32,000 bases of DNA, taken from NCBI RefSeq assembly GCF_000973505.1, contig NZ_CP010048.1, positions 420,001-452,000 of the forward strand. Direction: 5' to 3'. Shown here piece by piece: positions 30,209-32,000 of this stretch (position 1 is its first letter; each line of letters begins with the position of its first letter). The translations under genes and the position numbers were made by a program. The notes under the pieces were generated by a model that was not told where the DNA came from, searched no databases, and worked only from the letters and a program-made list of their open reading frames with translations. Origin of the DNA: Candidatus Saccharimonadota bacterium. Its GTDB lineage: Bacteria > Pseudomonadota > Gammaproteobacteria > Enterobacterales > Enterobacteriaceae.

Positions 30209-31453
30209 ATGCAAACGATATTACTTTCACTATATCTTGCTTGGCGATTGTATCGCAATCCTAAAAAAAATAAAACAATATCTTTTATATCTATTGTATC
30301 CATTATTGGAAATGCATCAAGTATAGCTATTTTAATTATTTGTTTAAGTGCAATAAATGGATTTAAAAATGAACTTAATGAACGAATTTTTTCAATTATT
30401 CCTCATGGAAATATCCAATCAACAAATTCAACATTTTCTGATTGGAACATAATACTAAATAAAATTAAAAACATTCCGGGTATCGTACAAAGCGTTCCAT
30501 ATGTTGATTTATCAGGATTAATAGAAAAAAACAATAAATTTCACCCAATTCAAATTCATGGAATTAGTACACTACATAACATGCACCCTAATATCATTTC
30601 CTATCTTTCATCAATAAACACCATTCCAAACTTTGTCCCAAATAAGCAAATAATTATATTAGGACAAGGCGTTGCTAACACTTTAAATATTAAAAAAAAC
30701 GATTGGATTAATATTATAATTCATAACACTGACGGAAATAATAAGCTACTTCCCTATAAATTCATAAACGCACACGTTATTGACATACTAAATTTAAAAA
30801 GTTATCTAGATAATAACATTGCTATCATTCCATTATCAGACGCACAAAATTATTTAAATAAACAGAAATATATTTCTGGTATCAACATTAAAATAAACAA
30901 TATTTTTCATATTAATAAATTATTAAAGCAAATTATAAACACCATTAAGAATGATCATATTATTACTCAAAGTTGGATCAATACATATAAATATATGTAC
31001 CAAGATATCCACATAATAGAAACAATCATATATTTAACAATGACACTAGTCATATGTATCGCATGTTTTGGAATTGTATCTATATTAACTTTGATTATAA
31101 AAGAAAAAAATCACGATATAGCTATTTTGAATACACTAGGTTGTAAAAATAAATTAATTTACTCTACTTTTATCTGGTGCGGCTTATTACATAGCTTAAT
31201 AAGCATTGCAATAGGAACCACTAGTGGAACATTGATTGCATTATATTTAACCAAAATATACTTTTTGATAGAAAATTTATTTGACTACAAAATATTATCT
31301 CATAATGTTTACTTTATTAATTTTTTACCTACTGAAGTACATACAAAAGACATAATTTCTATTATAACCATAAACTTATTACTAAGCTTTCTAGCCACTT
31401 TATACCCTATAATAAAAACAAATTACAGCAATCCCGGTGCAATATTAAAATAA
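30209..31453 (+). CDS. lolE: Lipoprotein-release ABC transporter permease LolE
   Basis: IPHG.I, IILG.GVA..L.IKK.DW..I.I, IPL.DAQ.YL, SGI.IK....F..NKL, SWI.TY.YMY.DI and FI.FLP.E.H.... are collinear with E. coli LolE. The lolCDE order is conserved. Confidence 0.93.
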   Translation: MQTILLSLYLAWRLYRNPKKNKTISFISIVSIIGNASSIAILIICLSAINGFKNELNERIFSIIPHGNIQSTNSTFSDWNIILNKIKNIPGIVQSVPYVDLSGLIEKNNKFHPIQIHGISTLHNMHPNIISYLSSINTIPNFVPNKQIIILGQGVANTLNIKKNDWINIIIHNTDGNNKLLPYKFINAHVIDILNLKSYLDNNIAIIPLSDAQNYLNKQKYISGINIKINNIFHINKLLKQIINTIKNDHIITQSWINTYKYMYQDIHIIETIIYLTMTLVICIACFGIVSILTLIIKEKNHDIAILNTLGCKNKLIYSTFIWCGLLHSLISIAIGTTSGTLIALYLTKIYFLIENLFDYKILSHNVYFINFLPTEVHTKDIISIITINLLLSFLATLYPIIKTNYSNPGAILK

Positions 31454-31608
31454 TCACATACAAAAAACAATACTTGCAAAAATATATAATACTAACCAAT
31501 CAAATTGTAAATACTTAATAATTCATTTAATTAAATTTAACTATAAAATACAACAACTAATTTTAATAATATTTTACTCTGAAAAAATTAATAATTTTTT
31601 TCCTTCAT

Positions 31609-32000
31609 TTAAAAAAATGTAATCGATTCATCAACTAAATTTTTTGCATACCCAATATACTTGTCTGGAGAAATTTTTTTAAGACGCTCCTTTTCCAAAA
31701 TTGGTAACGGCAAAGAATCAATAAATGATTTCATTTCAGAATCACTAACATATCGTCCTTTCGTAAATTCTTTTAACATTTCATATGATCCCTTAATACC
31801 ATAACGCCGCATAACTGTTTGAATAGCTTCAGCTATCACTATCCAATGTTGATTTAACTCATTCAATAAATGTTCAGAATCTACTTTCAAAGTGTCAATG
31901 CCTTTTAAACTAGAACGATACGCAACTAAAGAATATGCAACACCTACACCAATATTTCTCAAAACAGTAGAATCACTTAAATCTCTTTGCCAACGAGATA
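31609..32000 (-). CDS. purB: Adenylosuccinate lyase, C-terminal part (the gene continues beyond the window end)
   Basis: The minus-strand reading from 32000 is SRWQRDLSDSTVLRNIGVGVAYSLVAYRSSLKG....V....L..EL..HW.V.AE.IQTVMRRYGI...YE.LKE.T.G, matching the E. coli PurB C-terminal third. The internal M at 31962 in the ORF track is not the start. Confidence 0.92.
   Translation of the reverse strand, partial: SRWQRDLSDSTVLRNIGVGVAYSLVAYRSSLKGIDTLKVDSEHLLNELNQHWIVIAEAIQTVMRRYGIKGSYEMLKEFTKGRYVSDSEMKSFIDSLPLPILEKERLKKISPDKYIGYAKNLVDESITFF

Noticed and set aside
1-32000. CRISPR arrays, IS elements or transposase fragments, integrases, phage genes, toxin-antitoxin pairs and defence-system operons
   Set aside because: No spaced direct-repeat array, terminal inverted repeats or ORF with transposase, integrase or defence-protein motifs was found. 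Every ORF of at least 60 aa is either a recognisable housekeeping gene, one of the two reported accessory-like genes, or an antisense or low-complexity artefact.

Overview
This is a very AT-rich, gene-dense segment that looks like the chromosome of a genome-reduced, Enterobacterales-derived insect endosymbiont (Blochmannia/Wigglesworthia style). The organism cannot be named from the sequence alone. All identifications rest on by-eye comparison of the supplied ORF translations with remembered E. coli orthologs and family motifs; no searches were run.

About 27 intact housekeeping CDS lie in E. coli-like synteny blocks:
- slyA-pdxH-tyrS / nth-fumC
- ubiX
- kdsB-ycaR-lpxK-msbA-rpsA-[cmk remnant]-aroA-serC
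- serS-lolA-ftsK / trxB-infA
- hinT-lpoB-lolCDE
- purB (partial, runs off the window)

No rRNA, tRNA, CRISPR, IS or prophage signal was seen. Envelope biogenesis is over-represented (Kdo/lipid A genes, MsbA, LolA, LolCDE, LpoB).

Stand-out observations:
1. An intact 646-aa intimin/invasin-type inverse autotransporter. Its passenger is not Ig-like; it is low-complexity with a PPPPPFP tract and a speculative WH2/connector/acidic-like tail.
2. A ToxR/CadC-type membrane-anchored winged-helix regulator, isolated between the longest ORF-free spacers.
3. An lpoB homolog whose ATG is separated from the conserved frame by an A10 tract. This is a candidate for rescue by transcriptional slippage. It also has no lipobox cysteine.
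4. An FtsK that stops right after the motor domain, with no gamma domain.
5. Recognisable cmk and clpS pseudogene remnants inside 'intergenic' DNA.
6. Extreme strand compositional asymmetry, with the + strand G-starved throughout.
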